Shown here one piece after another: positions 59,977-64,000 of a stretch of 64,000 nt of DNA. The notes under the pieces were generated by a model, which was not told where the DNA came from, ran no database searches, and saw only the letters and a list, made by a program, of their open reading frames with translations. Location: positions 1,736,001-1,800,000 of the forward strand of contig CATNEN010000029.1 in the NCBI GenBank assembly GCA_950097015.1, read 5' to 3'. A program made the translations under genes and the position numbers. Each line of letters starts with the position of its first letter. The first letter of the stretch is position 1. Source of the stretch: Macrostomum hystrix (lineage: Eukaryota > Animalia > Platyhelminthes).

Positions 59977-60860
59977 TTCTGTACCAACTGGAACTAGCTA
60001 GGTACTTCTGTGCCAACTGGAACTAGCTAGGTACTTCTGTACCAACTGGAACTAGCTAGGTACTTCTGTACCAACTGGAACTAGCTAGGTACTTCTGTGC
60101 CAACTGGAACTAGCTAGGTACTTCTGTACCAACTGGAACTAGCTAGGTACTTCTGTACCAACTGGAACTAGCTAGGTACTTCTGTACCAACTGGAACTAG
60201 CTAGGTACTTCTGTACCAACTGGAACTAGCTTGGTACGAGTACTTCTGTACCAACTGGAACTAGCTTGGTACTTCTGTACCAACTGGAACTAGCTTGGTA
60301 CTTCTGTACCAACTGGAACTAACTAGGTACTTCTGTACCAACTGGAACTAGCTAGGTACTTCTGTACCAACTGGAACTAGCTTGGTACTTCTGTACCATC
60401 TGGAACTAGCTTGGTACTTCTGTACCAACTGGAACTAGCTTGGTACTTCTGTACCAACTGGAACTAGCTTGGTACTTCTGTACCAACTGGAACTAGCTTG
60501 GTACTTCTGTACCAACTGGAAATAGCTAGGTACTTCTGTACCAACTGGAACTAGCTTGGTACGAGTACTTCTGTACCAACTGGAACTAGCTTGGTACTTC
60601 TGTACCAACTGGAACTAGCTTGGTACTTCTGTACCAACTGGAACTAGTTTGGTACGAGTACTTCTGTACCAACTGGAACTAGCTTGGTACTTCTGTACCA
60701 ACTGGAACTAGCTAGGTACTTCTGTACCAACTGGAACTAGCTTGGTACTTCTGTACCAACTGGAACTAGCTTGGTACTTCTGTACCAACTGGAACTAGCT
60801 TGGTACTTCTGTACCAACTGGAACTAGCTAGGTACTTCTGTACCAACTGGAACAAGCTAG
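59977..60860. repeat. 29-bp minisatellite
   Basis: GGTACTTCTGTACCAACTGGAACTAGCTW, ~30 copies. Confidence 0.97.
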
Positions 60861-60934
60861 CTGTCGGGACACCCACTGACACACACCATGGGGTGAGCCA
60901 GAGCTAGTGTCAGTCAAGTCAACACGCGAAGGCA

Positions 60935-61200
60935 GATCCCCGGAAGTGGGGAGTCGTACTTACGCAAAAACTGCCAGGTATAGATGGGGTTAGGGATAAA
61001 TTGGTTTGAAAGGGCGGGGCTGCGCAGGGGCGGATGGTGGGAGAATGAGTAGCGGGTAGTTAGTTATGGGAAAAATTAATTTATTAGCAGCAATTTAAGG
61101 GTCGCTTGGAGCAGGGAGGGTTGGACCCGGACTCCAATTAATAATTTCATTTTGCTTCATCTCCGCGTCTTTTGAGCCGTCACTAACCCACTTCCGGGTT
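60935..61200. promoter_or_regulatory. Possible promoter region of the ankyrin gene
   Basis: ETS-type CCGGAAGTG at 60940 and its inverse at 61189; GC box GGGCGGGGC at ~61012; 600-850 nt upstream of the ATG. Confidence 0.3.
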
Positions 61201-61379
61201 TTTTATTTTTCGACAGATCGACTGAAGAAGCATTTAATTATAGATCTGTATTGTAGTATTTTTTGGTTGTACTGTTGTACTAATTTACTTATAATTAACA
61301 ATTGATTACACCTGCCCATTGCAGCCGACAGCACAGCCGCAGCTATTGCGCGGCGCATCTGAAGGCTGCGTACGGCTGT

Positions 61380-61500
61380 TCAGTCCATGGACTGGGGTAG
61401 ACGCCACACCCAACCTTCAATTATCCAGGTAGTGCTTGTGCAGCTGGCTCAAGAACTCAAGAATCGAACTCCCGACCGTCGAGTAATAGTAGTGCTTGCT
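61380..61500 (-). mobile_element. SINE family 2 fragment
   Basis: The reverse complement GGTTGGGTGTGGCGTCTACCCCAGTCCATGGAC matches 19480-19510; B-box-like GAATCGAACTCCCGACC at ~61463. Confidence 0.5.
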
Positions 61501-61793
61501 CTGTGTTAAAGCGGAAATAGCATATTTAAACACAACTAAATTCACACCGATGCCACCTGAGACGCGTTCTGAAAATAATTAGCTAATTGGCGATGTGGTC
61601 AGAGGACGGACTGAAACGGTTGGGCAGGCGCCACCGGCCACTCAGAGTCCGCAGAGGGTGACTGGGCGGATCTAGCGGGAGATGCGGCTCTCCCAATAAA
61701 TTAGTCATCACAGTCGAATCAAAGTGCCCCCCCCCAATAATTTTTAAATATCTCCCCTTTTTGCATCCTGACATGACAAGATTCGCATAACCA

Positions 61794-63706
61794 ATGGCTT
61801 CTCAATTCTCGTACGAGTCGGAGCCGACGCGTGCGCCAACGCCAGGCCAACGCAGTCGCTGCGCCTCAGTGTCCAACCTGGCCGATCGAGAGCACCTGGA
61901 TACCAGCAGGCCTCTGTTTGCCCAGTTGCGAAGGGGCGCCGCTTTGCCGGAGGAACTGCACACCAGGGGCGGCTGGTCGCTGACAACCGAGCCGCGTTTG
62001 GCCGGCCTCATGACAGCCATCATCGAGGACAGCTACAACAGGATGCCCGACTTCCTGCCGCTGCTCAGGGAGCTGGCTGGCCGCCTGTCAGGATTTCAGG
62101 TAGCTCTGCTGCAGCTTCCAGGTAGCTCAGCTGCAGCTTCCAGATTCTCAGCTGAAGCTTCCAGATTCTCAGCTGAAGCTTCCAGATTCTCAGCTGCAGC
62201 TTCCAGATTCTCAGCTGTAGCTTCCAGATTCTCAGCTGTAGCTTCCAGATTCTCAGCTGTAGCTTTCAGATTCTCAGCTGTAGCTTCCAGATTCTCAGCT
62301 GTAGCTTCCAGATTCTCAGCTGAAGCTTCCAGATTCTCAGCTGCAGCTTCCAGATTCTCAGCTGTAGCTTCCAGATTCTCAGCTGTAGCTTCCAGATTCT
62401 CAGCTGTAGCTTTCAGATTCTCAGCTGCAGCTTCCAGATTCTCAGCTGTAGCTTCCAGATTCTCAGCTGCAGCTTCCAGATTCTCAGCTGTAGCTTCCAG
62501 ATTCTTAGCTGAAGCTTCCAGATTCTCAGCTGCAGCTTCCAGATTCTCAGCTTCTAATTTACCTGAAGCATTCAATTTATCACCTGAAGCCGCTAGTTTC
62601 TCACCGACCGCTGTTGCCAAATTATTTGTCAGATCGAGCTGACAACCCGGTCTGGCGTGAAGATCGCCTGCCGCTCCCTGTTCGTCGGCCACCTGCTTTG
62701 CCTGTGCGCCAGTCCCAGGGTTCTGCAGCTACTCCAGTCCAGCTCGGGTGTTCTCTCGCCGTCTCTGTTCGCCAAGAAGGTCAACCTCACCATCGACTTC
62801 GCGCCGGAGTGTCGCCTGCCAGCTGACTCGGTGTTCGCGCCGGAGCAGCGCCGATTAGCCTGGCGGGGCGTGCCCAGCTTCTTCATGCCAGTTCTGCGGG
62901 ACAGCTTCGACGCACTCGACTGGCTGCTACGGCGCGGCTACATCCGCAAACTGGCCGACACGGACGATGACGGCCGGAACATCATTCACGCCTGCATCGA
63001 GCTGGAGAGCCCCTTCGTGCTGGCCAGCCTTCTAGCCAAGACCAACGACGCCTCGCTGCAGACTCTCCTGCGTCAGGCCGAGAAGACCGTCGCCCGCCAG
63101 ACACCGCTGCTCAAGGCCTGCTCAGCCAGCAGCGCAGCCATGCTTTTCGTCCTACTCCGCGGCCTGCCGTCGGCCTTCCTAACCGGCGGCGAACTCGATG
63201 CTTCGGGCGTCTCCGAGAGCCTCTTGTGCGCCGTGATCTCGCACGTCAAGGATCCGGCGGTAGCTGGCGACCTAGTCGACTTTCTACTGCGTCGGGGCGC
63301 CGTTCCCGACGCCGCCTACTTTGACAAGCGCTGCTGCCTGGACGTGGCCATCGCCAGTGAGCACTTCAGCGGCTCCGATCTCTGCTGCCTGGTTCAACGC
63401 CTGGTGTCGGCCGGAGCTCGCGTCAATCTTGGCGTAATGATCACCTGCCTGAGCTGCGGCTTCCGCACTGACCAGGAGATCCTGGAAATCGCCTGCGAAC
63501 TGCTGGCGGCCGCCGGGACGGAGGCCCTGTGCGACGCCCACCAGAGCGAACTGCGGGAACTGGGCGAGGAGAGCCTGGACATGGGCTCCAATGTGGTGGT
63601 ACAGATGCTACGAAATCCGCAGGTGTCACCGGCCACAGTGCGCACCTTGCTAAAGCATTTCGGCCGCCACATCAACATTTCAGCCGTTTTCCCCACCGTG
63701 CCTCAG
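61794..63706 (+). CDS. Ankyrin-repeat-containing protein, 5' part; exons 61794-62099 and 62633-63706; continues beyond the window
   Basis: ccaATG; phase-0 GT-AG intron 62100-62632; degenerate ANK motifs DDDGRNIIHACIE, RQTPLLKAC, LVDFLLRRGA, LVSAGARVN; donor CAG|GTGAGA at 63706/63707. Confidence 0.75.
62108..62552. repeat. 21-bp minisatellite in ankyrin gene intron 1
   Basis: GCTTCCAGATTCTCAGCTGTA, ~21 copies. Confidence 0.95.
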
Positions 63707-63769
63707 GTGAGATAATTGTGCAACTTCAGGCTATTGAAAACTTCAGGCAAGAAGAGAACTTCAGAAAAT

Positions 63770-64000
63770 GGGATAACTTCAGAAAATGAGAAAATTTAGC
63801 TAATTTCTGAAGTGACTTCTGAAGTAACTTCAGGAAATGGGAACACTTCAGGAAATGGGAACACTTCAGGAAATGGGAAAACTTCAGGAAAGGGGAAAAC
63901 TTCAGAAAATGGGAAAACTTCAGGAAATGGGAAAACTTCAGAAAATGGGAAAACTTCAGAAAATGGGAAAACTTCAGGAAATTAGGAAAAAATCAGGTAA
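63770..64000. repeat. 18-19 bp minisatellite in ankyrin gene intron 2
   Basis: CTTCAGGAAATGGGAAAA units. Confidence 0.85.

Overview
Eukaryotic (metazoan) genomic DNA. GC-rich, Ala/Pro-rich exons sit in AT-rich introns, and about one third of the window is minisatellite arrays, which suggests a free-living flatworm such as Macrostomum (inference). Seven protein-coding loci were reconstructed by hand from splice sites. On the minus strand, a tight cluster holds RPS3, a POM121/Nup153-like FG nucleoporin and an MPAB/Lcp (DUF2236) heme-oxygenase-like gene. The others are G-alpha-s (+, 7 exons), a type-II membrane GH65/PGGHG-like protein (+, 4 exons, catalytic glutamates apparently lost), a DMRTA2/Dmrt99B-type factor (-, 3 exons) and an ankyrin-repeat gene (+, truncated by the window). 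The most notable signal is in the minus-strand cluster. Three paralogous box H/ACA snoRNA-like genes with compensatory stem changes lie upstream of RPS3 (two) and of the DUF2236 gene (one). The nucleoporin exon starts at a phase-0 splice acceptor about 230 nt after the RPS3 polyA signal, with no upstream exon and no early in-frame ATG. This fits a trans-spliced operon in which the spliced-leader AUG supplies the start codon. Also present are hAT MITEs carrying minisatellites, tRNA-derived SINEs and transposase relics.
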